Notes: generated from the letters alone by a model not told the origin. 64,000 nt of DNA from Vicinamibacterales bacterium (GCA_040081265.1 JBEBGV010000003.1:73781-137780), one strand, 5' to 3'. Numbered from the stretch's first letter, positions 1 to 13,087 are shown. Numbers and translations are program-made.

Positions 1-708
1 GAGTGCTGGCGCGGCCACCTGGCAGTCGTTGTGACGAAGGACGCGGAAGGCCGCCTGGCCGATCTGTGGCTTGTTCCAGTTGACGAAGCAGGTCGCAAAG
101 AGCACGACCTTGTGCGCGCCGTCGCTGGTCTGCGTCAGGCCATTCAGTTCCCGGCGTACCCAGTTGGGGAACGGGTCGCTGGCGAAGTCAGGCAGAAGCT
201 TGTCACGGTGAATGCCCATCGCCTTCTCCATCAGCACGCGATGTGGATGAATCGTGTTGGCGGCGTTGGCCAGCATCGGCAGGAGGGTACCCACGCGCCC
301 GAGCGTGTCCGGGTCGGCGAGCATCTTCTCGCGCAGCGGAATGCCCGTGTCGCGGCGGCGGATGGCGTTGGCGCGCATCAGCAGGCGCGGGAAGTCGAGC
401 TTGAACTCGTGTCCCTCGGCTTCCGTGTAAGGACACTGTGTGTAACAGAGCTTGCACTGGAAGCACTCGTCGATAACCTGCTCGACCTTCTCGTGCGGCA
501 GTTTGCGGACGTCGCCGGCCTTGTCGACCGCCTCGAAGAGGGTGGGGAATGACTGGCAGAACTTGAAGCACATCCGGCAGCCGTTACAGAGATCGAAGGC
601 GCGATCGATCTCGGGCTGGAGCGCGGCCTTGTCCCAGTACTTCGATTCGTTCGGGTTGTAGGTCAACCCGGGCGTCGGTGTGTAGCGGATGTCGGGAAGT
701 TCGCTCAT
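1..708 (-). CDS. (Fe-S)-binding oxidoreductase subunit, HdrD/GlpC/LutA-like; N-terminal part only (gene runs off the left edge)
   Basis: Not in the ORF track because there is no stop in the window. My translation of the minus strand from the ATG (complement of 706-708) reads MSELPDIRYTPTPGLTYNPNESKYWDKAALQPEIDRAFDLCNGCRMCFKFCQSFP...IDECFQCKLCYTQCPYTEAEGHEFKLDFPRLL... It contains two CxxCxxCxxxCP 4Fe-4S motifs, and the frame stays open to position 1. Confidence 0.8.
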   Translation of the reverse strand, partial: MSELPDIRYTPTPGLTYNPNESKYWDKAALQPEIDRAFDLCNGCRMCFKFCQSFPTLFEAVDKAGDVRKLPHEKVEQVIDECFQCKLCYTQCPYTEAEGHEFKLDFPRLLMRANAIRRRDTGIPLREKMLADPDTLGRVGTLLPMLANAANTIHPHRVLMEKAMGIHRDKLLPDFASDPFPNWVRRELNGLTQTSDGAHKVVLFATCFVNWNKPQIGQAAFRVLRHNDCQVAAPAL

Positions 709-729
709 GGTGAGGGGAGGGGTGTGCAC

Positions 730-753
730 CGGCGGGTCCTGCCGGACCCGCCG
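730..753 (-). other. Perfect 10-bp GC-rich hairpin between the rubrerythrin stop and the Fe-S gene start
   Basis: CGGCGGGTCC (730-739), loop TGCC, GGACCCGCCG (744-753). No U-tract follows on the minus strand, so it may be an intercistronic stabiliser or attenuator rather than a classic terminator. Confidence 0.4.
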
Positions 754-760
754 TGACGAT

Positions 761-1177
761 CTAGACCAGTTCGAGCGCTCGCTGGAACTTGCCAGCGTGC
801 GAACGCTCGGCCTTGGCCAGCGTTTCGAACCAGTCGGCGATCTCGCTGAAGCCTTCTTCGCGCGCCGACTTCGCCATGCCGGGATACATGTCGGTGTACT
901 CGTGGGTCTCACCCGCGACGGCCGCCTTGAGCATCTCGCCCACCTCGCCGATCGGCAGCCCCGTTGCCGGGTCGCCCACCTTGCGGAGGTACTCGAGGTG
1001 ACCGTGCGCGTGGCCGGTTTCGCCTTCTGCGGTGTCACGGAAGAGCCCGGCCACTTCCGGATAGCCCTCGATATCGGCGTGCTTGGCGAAATAGAGATAG
1101 CGACGGTTGGCCTGTGATTCCCCGGCGAACGCGTCCTTCAGGTTCTGTTCAGTCTTGGAGCCCTTGAGCTGTGCCAT
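761..1177 (-). CDS. Rubrerythrin-family ferritin-like di-iron protein (no rubredoxin domain)
   Basis: 138 aa. [31 protein letters not shown]...[14 protein letters not shown]...[12 protein letters not shown]...AERSHAGKF shows the ExxH di-iron motifs typical of rubrerythrin/erythrin. Confidence 0.9.
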   Translation of the reverse strand: MAQLKGSKTEQNLKDAFAGESQANRRYLYFAKHADIEGYPEVAGLFRDTAEGETGHAHGHLEYLRKVGDPATGLPIGEVGEMLKAAVAGETHEYTDMYPGMAKSAREEGFSEIADWFETLAKAERSHAGKFQRALELV

Positions 1178-1273
1178 GTGCGAATGCCTCCGAACGTTCG
1201 ATGAGATGTCGTGCCCTCGCTGTCTGCCGAAGGCAGACCCTCGCGACCGGACGAGAAGGCAGTCTAGTCAAGG

Positions 1274-1288
1274 TGATAATAGTTATCA
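1274..1288. promoter_or_regulatory. Fur-family (Fur/PerR-type) operator, 7-1-7 inverted repeat
   Basis: TGATAAT-A-GTTATCA differs at one position from the classic Fur box TGATAATnATTATCA. It lies in an AT-rich island between the divergent rubrerythrin (start 1177) and Fur-family (start 1343) genes. Confidence 0.6.
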
Positions 1289-1342
1289 ACTAGTATCTTT
1301 TACTTGCCAGCGTGAATCGAGCTGTGTACCCTGAGAGCTGCC

Positions 1343-1771
1343 GTGATTGCCCCTGCCGATCGCTACGCCACTCTGCGCGAGGAATGCGCTTCGCGGGGCC
1401 TGCGCTTGACGCCGCAGCGTGACGTTCTGCTGCGGGTGCTGAGTGAAACGACCGGGCATCCGACCGCCGATGATCTCGTCCACCAGGTGCGGCGCTTCCT
1501 GCCGTCGGTGTCCCACGCAACCGTCTACCGCAACGTCCAGGAACTGGTCCGCGCCGGCCTCGTCGGTACGCTGGAGCGTGCCGGGGGCGCAGTGCAATTC
1601 GAGATCAACCCCGACGATCACCACCACTTCGTGTGCCGGAAGTGCGACCAGGTCTGGGACGTGTATCTCGACGACTTCGAGGTCAAGATGAACCGGCGGT
1701 CGACGCTCAAGGGGTTCCGCGTCGACCGACGCGAGGTCCAGCTGCACGGGCTCTGTGCCCGGTGCCGCTGA
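1343..1771 (+). CDS. Fur-family transcriptional regulator (PerR-like by context)
   Basis: 142 aa with a GTG start. LTPQRDVLLRVL...HPTADDL...SHATVYRNVQELVRAGLV is a winged HTH. HHHFVCRKCDQV...LHGLCARC are metal sites. The gene is divergent from rubrerythrin. Confidence 0.9.
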   Translation: MIAPADRYATLREECASRGLRLTPQRDVLLRVLSETTGHPTADDLVHQVRRFLPSVSHATVYRNVQELVRAGLVGTLERAGGAVQFEINPDDHHHFVCRKCDQVWDVYLDDFEVKMNRRSTLKGFRVDRREVQLHGLCARCR

Positions 1772-1802
1772 GCCACCAGCCCCGCCTCTGTTTCCGCGCC
1801 CG

Positions 1803-2039
1803 ATGACCGAAGGACAGCAGGAATTCCTGAAGATTCTGCAGGCGCACCGGCAGACCCTCGATGTCTGTGAAGCCTGTGCGCTGACCACGCGCGACCTCGC
1901 CACGGAGGTCGTCCGCGGTGGCCTGCCCAAACGTGAGGATCTCGAGCGGACCGTTGCCGAGGCCGAGCGGGTCCTCACCGACGTGGTTGAGCTGCGCCGG
2001 GAACTGGATCGTGTGCTGATGGAGCTCTCGGAAGGATAG
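1803..2039 (+). CDS. Small hypothetical protein
   Basis: The ORF 1755-2039 overlaps the fur-family stop, so the internal ATG at 1803 (MTEGQQEFLKILQAHRQ...) is the likelier start. I recognise no family. Confidence 0.4.
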   Translation: MTEGQQEFLKILQAHRQTLDVCEACALTTRDLATEVVRGGLPKREDLERTVAEAERVLTDVVELRRELDRVLMELSEG

Positions 2040-2050
2040 GATCGGGGTGC

Positions 2051-3097
2051 ATGCGCACTCCTGTCGTGCTCGTGACCGGCGCCGGCGGCGAAATCGGTCA
2101 CGGGCTGATTGCCCGCCTCTCAGGCGCCGGCCGCCCGATCGTCACCATCGACATCGCGCCGCTCGAGCGCACCATGGCTGGCCAGGTGCGGCGTGAGTTC
2201 ACCGGCTCGATCACTGACCGCTGGATTCTCGAACGCGTGCTGGCGGAGTTCGAAGTCGACCTGGTCTTCCACCTTGCAGCGCTCCTGTCCACACGGTCCG
2301 AGTTCACGCCGGTGACCGCCCACGAGGTCAACGTCGACGGCACGCTGCGCCTGCTCGAGTTCGCGCAGCACGAAGGCGAGTCGCACGGCCGGCCGGTGAC
2401 GTTCGTCTATCCCTCGTCCATTGCCGCCTACGGGCTTCCCAGCCTCGAAGCCAAGATGAAGGCCGGGCGTGTCCGCGAAGATGAGTGGAACACGCCGCAG
2501 ACCATGTACGGGTGCAACAAGCTGTACTGCGAGCACCTCGGCCGTTACTACGCACGGCACTACAAGCAGCTTGCGGCCGACACGATCCCCCGCGTGGACT
2601 TCCGCTGTCTCCGATTTCCGGGTCTGATGTCGGCGATGACCGTGCCCGCCGGCGGCACGTCCGACTACGCGCCAGAGATGCTGCATGCGGCGGCTCAGGG
2701 GAAGCCGTACGCCTGCTTCGTGCGCCCCGACACCCGGATCCCGTTCATGGCCATGCCCGACGCGGTCGATGCGTTGATGCGCGTGGCCGCGGCACCGCGG
2801 GCTGCGCTGACGCGAGCTGCGTACAACCTCTCGGCCTTCAGCACGACGGCGGAAGAGATTCGCGCGGTGACGCTCCGCGCCTTTCCGGGCACCTCGATCA
2901 GCTGGCGGGTGGACGAGAAGCGGCAGGCGATCATCGACTCATGGCCTTCCGACGTTGACGATACGGCCGCACGCCGCGACTGGGCCTTCGACCCTCGCTA
3001 TGACTTCACGCGGGCGTTCGAGGAGTACCTGATCCCGACCATTACCGACCGCTACTCGCCGCGTTCGAACGGGGCGGCGGTGAAGGCGGCCGGGTGA
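2051..3097 (+). CDS. NAD-dependent epimerase/dehydratase, extended SDR (L-threonine 3-dehydrogenase-like)
   Basis: 348 aa with an N-terminal VLVTGAGGEIGHGL Rossmann motif and a YGCNKLYCE catalytic YxxxK. Confidence 0.85.
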   Translation: MRTPVVLVTGAGGEIGHGLIARLSGAGRPIVTIDIAPLERTMAGQVRREFTGSITDRWILERVLAEFEVDLVFHLAALLSTRSEFTPVTAHEVNVDGTLRLLEFAQHEGESHGRPVTFVYPSSIAAYGLPSLEAKMKAGRVREDEWNTPQTMYGCNKLYCEHLGRYYARHYKQLAADTIPRVDFRCLRFPGLMSAMTVPAGGTSDYAPEMLHAAAQGKPYACFVRPDTRIPFMAMPDAVDALMRVAAAPRAALTRAAYNLSAFSTTAEEIRAVTLRAFPGTSISWRVDEKRQAIIDSWPSDVDDTAARRDWAFDPRYDFTRAFEEYLIPTITDRYSPRSNGAAVKAAG

Positions 3098-4392
3098 GGG
3101 CGACAGCCGTCGCGGCGACGTTGCTGGTCTTGGCCGGAGTCACGGTGCTGGCACAGAGATCGAACATGGACACCATTGCCGAGCAGTACGTGCGCCTGGT
3201 CCTGGGGATGGGCGTGCACGAGGCGGATTACGTTGACGCGTACTACGGTCCCTCGTCCTGGCGCACAGCGGCTGAAGAAGGACGGTCCTCGCTTCAGGCC
3301 ATTGGCATCCAGGCCGACGTGCTCGCGCGGCAGTTGAACGCGATGGCGCCGTCTGGAGGGCCTGCCGATCTCGGCCGGCTGCGCCATCAGTACCTGTCGG
3401 GGCAGGTCGCCGCCCTGCGCGCGCGCGTCGCGATGCGCACGGGGCGCAAGATGACCTTCGATGAGGAATCGAAGGCTTTCTACGATGCCGTGGCACCTGT
3501 GCACACGGAAACTGAGTTCGACGCCGTACGCGCGCAGCTCGAGGCAGTGCTACCCGGTGCGGACCCGCTGCAGCAGCGACTGGAGGACTTTCGGTCGCGG
3601 TTCGTCATCCCGCGTGACCGGCTCGAGCAGACCTTTGCGGCGGCGATAGCGGCGTGTCGTGCCCGGACCCTTCGGCACATCGAGCTGCCGAAGGACGAAC
3701 GCTTCACCGTTGAGTACGTCACCAACCAGTCGTGGAGCGCCTACAACTGGTATCAGGGTGACTATCGCAGCGTCATCCATGTCAATACGGACCTTCCGGT
3801 TCGGGTGGATGGCGCCATCGACCTGGCGTGCCACGAGGGCTATCCCGGTCATCACGTCTACAACGTGCTGCTCGAGAAGAACCTGACCCGCGGCAGGAAG
3901 TGGATGGAGTTCTCCGTCTACCCGCTGTTTTCGCCGCAGTCACTCATCGCGGAGGGTACGGCCAACTACGGCATCGACGTGACGTTCCCAGCCGGCGAGC
4001 GCCTGCGCTTCGAGCAGGACGTTATCTTTCCGGCGGCGGGACTCGATCCAGCGACAGCGCCCGAGTACTACCGGGTCGTCGCCTTGCTCGAGCGGTTCTC
4101 GTATGCTGGCAACGAAGCGGCACGGCGGTACCTTGATGGCCGGATGACCGCGGCAGCGACGGCTGACTGGCTCGAACGCTACGCCCTCATGTCGCGGGCG
4201 CGCGCCGAGCAGCGCGTTCGATTCATCGACCAGTATCGGAGCTACGTGATCAACTACAACCTGGGCAAGGACATGGTGGGGGCGTATCTCACGCGTCGCG
4301 TCGGCGACTCGGCCGATGCCTCGCGGATGTGGCAGGAGTTCGAGCGGCTGTTGTCGTCGCCGCGACTGCCGTCTGGACTGGGAGCGCCCTGA
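3094..4392 (+). CDS. Exported hypothetical protein with HExxPGHH motif (DUF885-like putative metallopeptidase fold)
   Basis: 432 aa. The GTG start overlaps the upstream stop (GTGA). There is an N-terminal signal-like segment (ATLLVLAGVTVLAQ) and a CHEGYPGHHVYN motif. Confidence 0.75.
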   Translation: MRATAVAATLLVLAGVTVLAQRSNMDTIAEQYVRLVLGMGVHEADYVDAYYGPSSWRTAAEEGRSSLQAIGIQADVLARQLNAMAPSGGPADLGRLRHQYLSGQVAALRARVAMRTGRKMTFDEESKAFYDAVAPVHTETEFDAVRAQLEAVLPGADPLQQRLEDFRSRFVIPRDRLEQTFAAAIAACRARTLRHIELPKDERFTVEYVTNQSWSAYNWYQGDYRSVIHVNTDLPVRVDGAIDLACHEGYPGHHVYNVLLEKNLTRGRKWMEFSVYPLFSPQSLIAEGTANYGIDVTFPAGERLRFEQDVIFPAAGLDPATAPEYYRVVALLERFSYAGNEAARRYLDGRMTAAATADWLERYALMSRARAEQRVRFIDQYRSYVINYNLGKDMVGAYLTRRVGDSADASRMWQEFERLLSSPRLPSGLGAP

Positions 4393-4393
4393 G

Positions 4394-5371
4394 ATGCTGG
4401 CCATCGAGATCCGTACGCCTGGAGGTCCGGAGGTGCTGACTCCCGTTGAGCGCCCGGACCCCGTTCCTGCCGAGAACGAACTGCTGATTGCGGTGGCCGC
4501 AGCCGGTGTGAACCGTCCTGACGTCATGCAACGACGTGGCATGTATCCGCCACCGCCGGGCGCCAGCGATCTCCCTGGCCTCGAGGTCGCTGGAACGGTT
4601 GCCGCGCTGGGCCCCGGCGTCGGGGGCTGGAAGGTGGGCGATGCGGTGTGTGCGTTGCTCGCCGGCGGCGGCTACGCCACCCGGGCGGTCGCTCCGGTGC
4701 CACAGTGCCTGCCCGTGCCCACCGGGCTCGACTTCGTTCATGCCGCGGCAATCCCTGAGACCTTCTTCACCGTCTGGACCAATCTCTTCGAGCGCGCGCG
4801 ACTCGTGCAGGGCGAGACCGTGCTGATCCACGGCGGCACGAGCGGTATAGGCACGACCGCCATCCAGTTGGCCGTGGCGCGCGGCTCGCGCGTGCTGGCG
4901 ACCGCCGGATCGGACGACAAGTGCCGGGCCTGCGAACGTCTCGGTGCCGAACGTGGGATCAACTACCGCACCCAGGACTTTGTCGAGGCTGTTCTCGGGC
5001 TGACCGGGCAGCGGGGTGTCGACGTCATCCTCGACATGGTCGGAGGCTCCTACCTGCCCAGGAACCTGTCGATCCTGGCCACCGAAGGCCGCCTGTCGCA
5101 AATCGCGATCATGGGCGGGGGAGATGCGCCGCTCGACCTGCGTCGGTTGCTGACCAAACGGCTGACCGTCACCGGCTCCACGCTGCGGCCGCGCACTCCA
5201 GCGGAGAAGGGCGTCATCGCGGAGGCGTTGCGCCGCGAGGTCTGGCCACTGCTCGAAGCCGGCCGCGTCAAGCCGGTGGTGTTTCGGACGTTCCCGCTCG
5301 CACAGGCAGCAGACGCCCACCGCGTGATGGACTCGGGCGAGCACATCGGCAAGATTGTCCTGGTCGCATAG
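4394..5371 (+). CDS. qor: NAD(P)H:quinone oxidoreductase, zeta-crystallin/PIG3 MDR family
   Basis: Start taken at the ATG at 4394 (MLAIEIRTPGGPEVLTPVERPDP...). The longer ORF from 4316 overlaps the upstream gene. Contains VLIHGGTSGIGTTAIQLA and ends GEHIGKIVLV. Confidence 0.9.
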   Translation: MLAIEIRTPGGPEVLTPVERPDPVPAENELLIAVAAAGVNRPDVMQRRGMYPPPPGASDLPGLEVAGTVAALGPGVGGWKVGDAVCALLAGGGYATRAVAPVPQCLPVPTGLDFVHAAAIPETFFTVWTNLFERARLVQGETVLIHGGTSGIGTTAIQLAVARGSRVLATAGSDDKCRACERLGAERGINYRTQDFVEAVLGLTGQRGVDVILDMVGGSYLPRNLSILATEGRLSQIAIMGGGDAPLDLRRLLTKRLTVTGSTLRPRTPAEKGVIAEALRREVWPLLEAGRVKPVVFRTFPLAQAADAHRVMDSGEHIGKIVLVA

Positions 5372-5401
5372 GCTAGAATCACCGCTTACGAGGAGCCTCA
5401 C

Positions 5402-5851
5402 ATGATTGCGTTGGACGTGAACGGCAAACGCCACGAGGTCGACGTCCCCCCGGACATGCCCCTGCTGTGGGTGGTCCGTGAAGTGCTGGGCCTGACCGGC
5501 ACCAAGTTCGGCTGTGGTCTCGGGCAGTGCGGCTCGTGCACGGTGCACATCGATGGCACCGCCGTGCGCTCCTGCCAGACGACAGCGTCTGCGGCTGTGG
5601 GGAAAAAGGTCACGACCATCGAGGGGCTGTCGCCTGCCGCGACGCACCCGCTGCAGGTCGCGTGGGTGAACGAGCAGGTGCCGCAGTGCGGCTACTGTCA
5701 GTCTGGTCAGCTCATGTCGGCCGCAGCGCTGCTCGCGCGCACGCCGAAGCCGACCGACGCCGATATCGACCGGGCGATGCAGGGTAACGTCTGCCGCTGC
5801 GGAACCTACCAGCGCATTCGCCGCGCCATTCACCGCGCCGCGGGCGCCTGA
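5402..5851 (+). CDS. (2Fe-2S)-binding small subunit of an IorA-type molybdo-oxidoreductase (aldehyde/isoquinoline oxidoreductase family)
   Basis: 149 aa. [12 protein letters not shown] and QCGYCQSGQ...CRCGTY are the two 2Fe-2S cysteine clusters. Confidence 0.9.
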   Translation: MIALDVNGKRHEVDVPPDMPLLWVVREVLGLTGTKFGCGLGQCGSCTVHIDGTAVRSCQTTASAAVGKKVTTIEGLSPAATHPLQVAWVNEQVPQCGYCQSGQLMSAAALLARTPKPTDADIDRAMQGNVCRCGTYQRIRRAIHRAAGA

Positions 5852-5865
5852 CGGGAGACGTCACC

Positions 5866-8052
5866 ATGGCACCGTCATCAACGTTATTTCCATCGACGCT
5901 CTCTCGACGCACGTTCCTCAGGACCGCCACCGCGGCTGGTGGCGGCCTGATGATCGGCACGTATCTGCCGTTTGGTGGCGAGACCGCAGCGCAGATCGAC
6001 GCGCTCGCCGCGGGCACGTTCGAGCCGAACGTCTGGATCCGCATCGGCGCCGACGACAGCGTGCGCATCATGCTCTCGATGCTCGAGATGGGGCAGGGCG
6101 TCATGACCGCGATGCCGATGCTCGTCGCCGAGGAACTCGACGTTGACTGGAACAAGGTGGTCACCGAATGGGCCCCTGCAGATCGCCGCTACGGCAACCC
6201 GAACTTCGGCGGCTCCCAGACCACTGCCGGCAGTAACAGCACCCGCGGCATGTGGAAGGTGCTGCGCAACGCTGGCGCGAGCGGTCGCGCCATGCTCGTG
6301 ACCGCTGCGGCCAGGACCTGGAACGTCGCCGAGGACACACTCTCGACGGACAAGGGCGAAGTCGTCCACGCCGCCAGCGGACGGCGTCTGCGTTACGGTG
6401 CGCTCGTGGACACCGCGGCGTCACTACCCGTGCCCGCCACGGTCACGCTGAAGGATCCGAAAGCGTTTCGCCTCCTCGGCCAGAGTCTCGCGCGCTTCGA
6501 CATCCCGCAGAAGGTTGCCGGGCAAGCCGAGTTCGGCGTCGACGTCACGCGGCCAGGCATGCTCGTGGCCCGCGTCGTCCGTTGCCCCGTGTTCGGGGGC
6601 AAGGTCGCCAGCGTCAACGCGGACAAGGCGAAGGCGGTGCCCGGCGTGAGACAGGTGGTGCAGATCAGCACCGGCATTGCCGTCGTCGCCGATGGCTACT
6701 GGGCGGCGTCAAAGGGCGTGCAGGCACTCGAGATCAAGTGGGACGAGGGCGCACTGGCAGGGCTCAACAGCGCCGACATCACGAAGCGATTCGCCGACCT
6801 GGCGAGCCGGCCTGGTGCGATCGCACGCGAGGAAGGCGACGCCGACCGGGCGCTCGCGAGTGCCGTTCGGACGGTCGAGCGGGTCTTCGAAGTCCCGTAT
6901 CTGGCTCATGCCTGCATGGAGCCGATGAACTGCACCGCCGAGGTGACCGCCGACCGGTGCGATGTCTGGGTGCCCACGCAGTCGCAGACGGCTACGCAGG
7001 CGGCGGCCATGGCGGCGACTGGCCTGCCCGAAAGCAAGGTCTTCGTCCACACCAGCTATCTCGGCGGTGGCTTCGGCCGCAGGGGCGAGACGGACTTCGT
7101 CACCGACGCGGTCGAGACGGCAAAGGCTGTGGGCAAGCCGGTCAAGGTGATGTGGAGCCGTGAGGACGACATCAAGCACGACTACTACCGTCCCGTCACC
7201 TACGTCCGGCTGTGGGCAGCGCTCGATGCACAGGGCGCACCTGTGGCGTGGAAGGAACGCCTGGTTCAGCCGTCACTGCTCAAGCGGCTGCAGGGGTCGC
7301 TGGATGCCATGAAGGGCGTGGACCGCATCTCGGTCGACGGCGCGGCGACGTTGCCCTACGACATCCCGAACATCCGCGTCGAATACACCGAAGCCGACCC
7401 TGGCATTCCCTACGGCTTCTGGCGTTCGGTGGGCAACTCGGTCAACGGCTACGTGACCGAGGCCTTCATCGACGAACTGGCCGCCGAAGCGAAGAAGGAC
7501 GCGTACGAGTTCCGTCGCGCCCTGCTCGCGAAGGCCCCGCGACAGCGCGCGGTCCTCGAGTTGGCGGCGGAGAAGTCCGGATGGGGCAGGCCCCTTGCCG
7601 CTGGGCGCTTCCGCGGCATCGCCGTTCACGAATGCTTCGGCTCGATCATCGGCCAGGTCACCGAGGTGTCGGTTTCAGCGGCCGGCGCCGTTCGCGTGCA
7701 CAAGGTCACCTGCGTGGTTGATTGCGGCTGGGTCGTGAACCCCGACACGATCAAGGCGCAGATGGAGGGCGGGATCCTCTATGGCCTTACCGCGGCCCTG
7801 AAGGGCGAAATCACCATCAAGGATGGCCGCGTCGTCCAGAGCCACTTTGGCGATTATCCGCCGATGCGCATCAATGAAGCCCCCGAGACCGAGGTGTTCA
7901 TCGTCCCGAGCACCGAAGCGCCTGGAGGAATCGGTGAGCCGAGTACGGCAGTGGCCGCCGGGTCGCTGGTGAACGCGATTTATGCCGCGACCGGTAAGCG
8001 GATCTACCGGCTGCCGATTCGCCCAGAGCAGCTTCGCCAGGGCACCGCCTGA
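5866..8052 (+). CDS. Molybdopterin-dependent oxidoreductase large subunit (IorB-like), Tat-exported
   Basis: 728 aa. Twin-arginine signal (SRRTFLRTATAAGGG) and xanthine-dehydrogenase-family a/b-hammerhead and MoCo-binding signatures (GGGFGRR). It immediately follows the 2Fe-2S subunit. Confidence 0.9.
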   Translation: MAPSSTLFPSTLSRRTFLRTATAAGGGLMIGTYLPFGGETAAQIDALAAGTFEPNVWIRIGADDSVRIMLSMLEMGQGVMTAMPMLVAEELDVDWNKVVTEWAPADRRYGNPNFGGSQTTAGSNSTRGMWKVLRNAGASGRAMLVTAAARTWNVAEDTLSTDKGEVVHAASGRRLRYGALVDTAASLPVPATVTLKDPKAFRLLGQSLARFDIPQKVAGQAEFGVDVTRPGMLVARVVRCPVFGGKVASVNADKAKAVPGVRQVVQISTGIAVVADGYWAASKGVQALEIKWDEGALAGLNSADITKRFADLASRPGAIAREEGDADRALASAVRTVERVFEVPYLAHACMEPMNCTAEVTADRCDVWVPTQSQTATQAAAMAATGLPESKVFVHTSYLGGGFGRRGETDFVTDAVETAKAVGKPVKVMWSREDDIKHDYYRPVTYVRLWAALDAQGAPVAWKERLVQPSLLKRLQGSLDAMKGVDRISVDGAATLPYDIPNIRVEYTEADPGIPYGFWRSVGNSVNGYVTEAFIDELAAEAKKDAYEFRRALLAKAPRQRAVLELAAEKSGWGRPLAAGRFRGIAVHECFGSIIGQVTEVSVSAAGAVRVHKVTCVVDCGWVVNPDTIKAQMEGGILYGLTAALKGEITIKDGRVVQSHFGDYPPMRINEAPETEVFIVPSTEAPGGIGEPSTAVAAGSLVNAIYAATGKRIYRLPIRPEQLRQGTA

Positions 8053-8065
8053 GGGGGCGAGAGTG

Positions 8066-8716
8066 TCAGGGCTTCATGTAGGTGAAGCCTCGCTCCTGCG
8101 CCAATGCCAATGCCAGCACGTGGGATGGCATCAGACGTACACCCGGGGCCAGGCCGCTGACCAGGTCTGCGCGGACCTCCGCCACAGGCGTCCGAAACGC
8201 GTTCGCCAGTTGTCCCGCCACCACGCCCAGGGCCACGTTGCACTGCCAGAAAATCGTGCCGCGTGCCTGCATCGCCTTGATGCCGATCTCGGGATCGTCG
8301 AGGAAGATATTGCGGGTTGCCGGCTGCATCGTCAGCGGGTCGATGATCCTGGAGCGTTCTCCCAGCTTGTACTGAGCCCAGAGCCGGTCTGACGCGTTCA
8401 TGGCAAACGCAGGCCCGGAGATGCCAACGGCGGTGTTGACGTTGGGGAACTCGAGCTTGAAAACGTCGCGGAAGGTGTCGAGGAGGTTCCGTCCAAAGCG
8501 CAGCGGGCGCGGATCAGCCGCCAGATCGTGACCGCCCAGGTCGTACAGCTGCTTGTGGGCGCCTTTCATCTGGTCGAGCCAGGCCATGTCGAACGGGGCC
8601 ACGACCGGCAGGGTTGACTGCCCAGCAGCGGCGGTGCCAGGCGAACCGAGGGCAGCCAGTCCCGTCAGCGACGCCATGACGGAGACGAAGGAGCGACGGC
8701 CAGGAATTCCAGACAT
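8066..8716 (-). CDS. Tat-signal hypothetical protein
   Basis: 216 aa. The N-terminus GRRSFVSVMASLTGLAALGSPGTAAAGQ resembles a Tat signal. No family recognised. Convergent with the IorB-like gene. Confidence 0.7.
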   Translation of the reverse strand: MSGIPGRRSFVSVMASLTGLAALGSPGTAAAGQSTLPVVAPFDMAWLDQMKGAHKQLYDLGGHDLAADPRPLRFGRNLLDTFRDVFKLEFPNVNTAVGISGPAFAMNASDRLWAQYKLGERSRIIDPLTMQPATRNIFLDDPEIGIKAMQARGTIFWQCNVALGVVAGQLANAFRTPVAEVRADLVSGLAPGVRLMPSHVLALALAQERGFTYMKP

Positions 8717-8743
8717 TCAGTGCCTCCCTTCGATACGCGTGAG

Positions 8744-9337
8744 CTACTCGGCGAAGACCACCTTGCGTGAGCTGGTGTGCGCGCGGAGGACGTCGGAGGT
8801 GAGCTGCTTGCTCAAGTAGACCTTCGACTCGCGGTTGTTGGTGAGGCTGGCCTCGTACTTGATCACGTCGAATTCGAGGTGATCAAGGGTGCCGCGCATG
8901 TCGTAGAAACGGTTTTTCGTTTTGACGACCACCTCGTGGAACCCTGCGGCCAGCGCCCAGACCTCGGATTCCTCGGTCAGCGCGCGGAAGTGCCCCTGGC
9001 CCCGCCAGTCTCTGCGCGTGCCGCCAATCCAGCTGTAGAGGATCTTGCGGTCCTCGAATCTGACCGAATCGCGGATGCGCAGCAGCAGGTCCTTGAGCTT
9101 CGGGTCGGACTCCACTGCCCTCAACTCGTGCACGACCTTGAAAGAGACAGGTGCAATCATCCCGGGATCGTCGGGGAGGGGTGCCTCGGTGATGAGGATC
9201 AGGAATTCGCGGTCGCGGAGGCGTTCGACGATCTCTCGCGCCGTCTTCTTCCGGGGGAACTCGCCGAAGAACTCTTCGATGTACTGAATTTCGAGGGCAC
9301 CCGACTCGAGCGGGTACTGCTTGATCGAATACTCCAA
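8744..9337 (-). CDS. GNAT-family N-acetyltransferase (putative)
   Basis: 197 aa. WRGQGHFRAL fits the acetyl-CoA motif A (Q/RxxGxG/A). Lys/Glu/Ile/Phe-rich composition is unlike the neighbouring genes. Confidence 0.7.
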   Translation of the reverse strand: MEYSIKQYPLESGALEIQYIEEFFGEFPRKKTAREIVERLRDREFLILITEAPLPDDPGMIAPVSFKVVHELRAVESDPKLKDLLLRIRDSVRFEDRKILYSWIGGTRRDWRGQGHFRALTEESEVWALAAGFHEVVVKTKNRFYDMRGTLDHLEFDVIKYEASLTNNRESKVYLSKQLTSDVLRAHTSSRKVVFAE

Positions 9338-9349
9338 CCTGACCCGGGA

Positions 9350-13087
<3,738 letters not shown>

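Noticed and set aside
4289-5833. Long antisense or off-frame ORFs in the track. Examples: 4289-5833 (-), 10349-12121 (+), 14370-15467 (-), 16323-17405 (-), 17571-19160 (-), 22728-24545 (-), 24617-26071 (-), 28747-29913 (-), 33670-34986 (-), 45500-46774 (-), 40283-40924 (-).
   Set aside because: Their translations are Arg/Pro/Gly/Ala-rich low-complexity strings with no family signatures. Each lies opposite to, or out of frame with, a gene that has strong, specific motifs (qor/iorA, metH, glnN, DUF349, thrC, pepF, ahcY, the OMP, addB, aat). Long spurious ORFs are expected in GC-rich DNA.
8744-9337. The GNAT gene as a TacT/AtaT-type toxin of a toxin-antitoxin pair.
   Set aside because: There is no small RHH or DUF1778-type antitoxin ORF upstream. 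Only 12 nt separate it from the metH stop, and no partner lies downstream.
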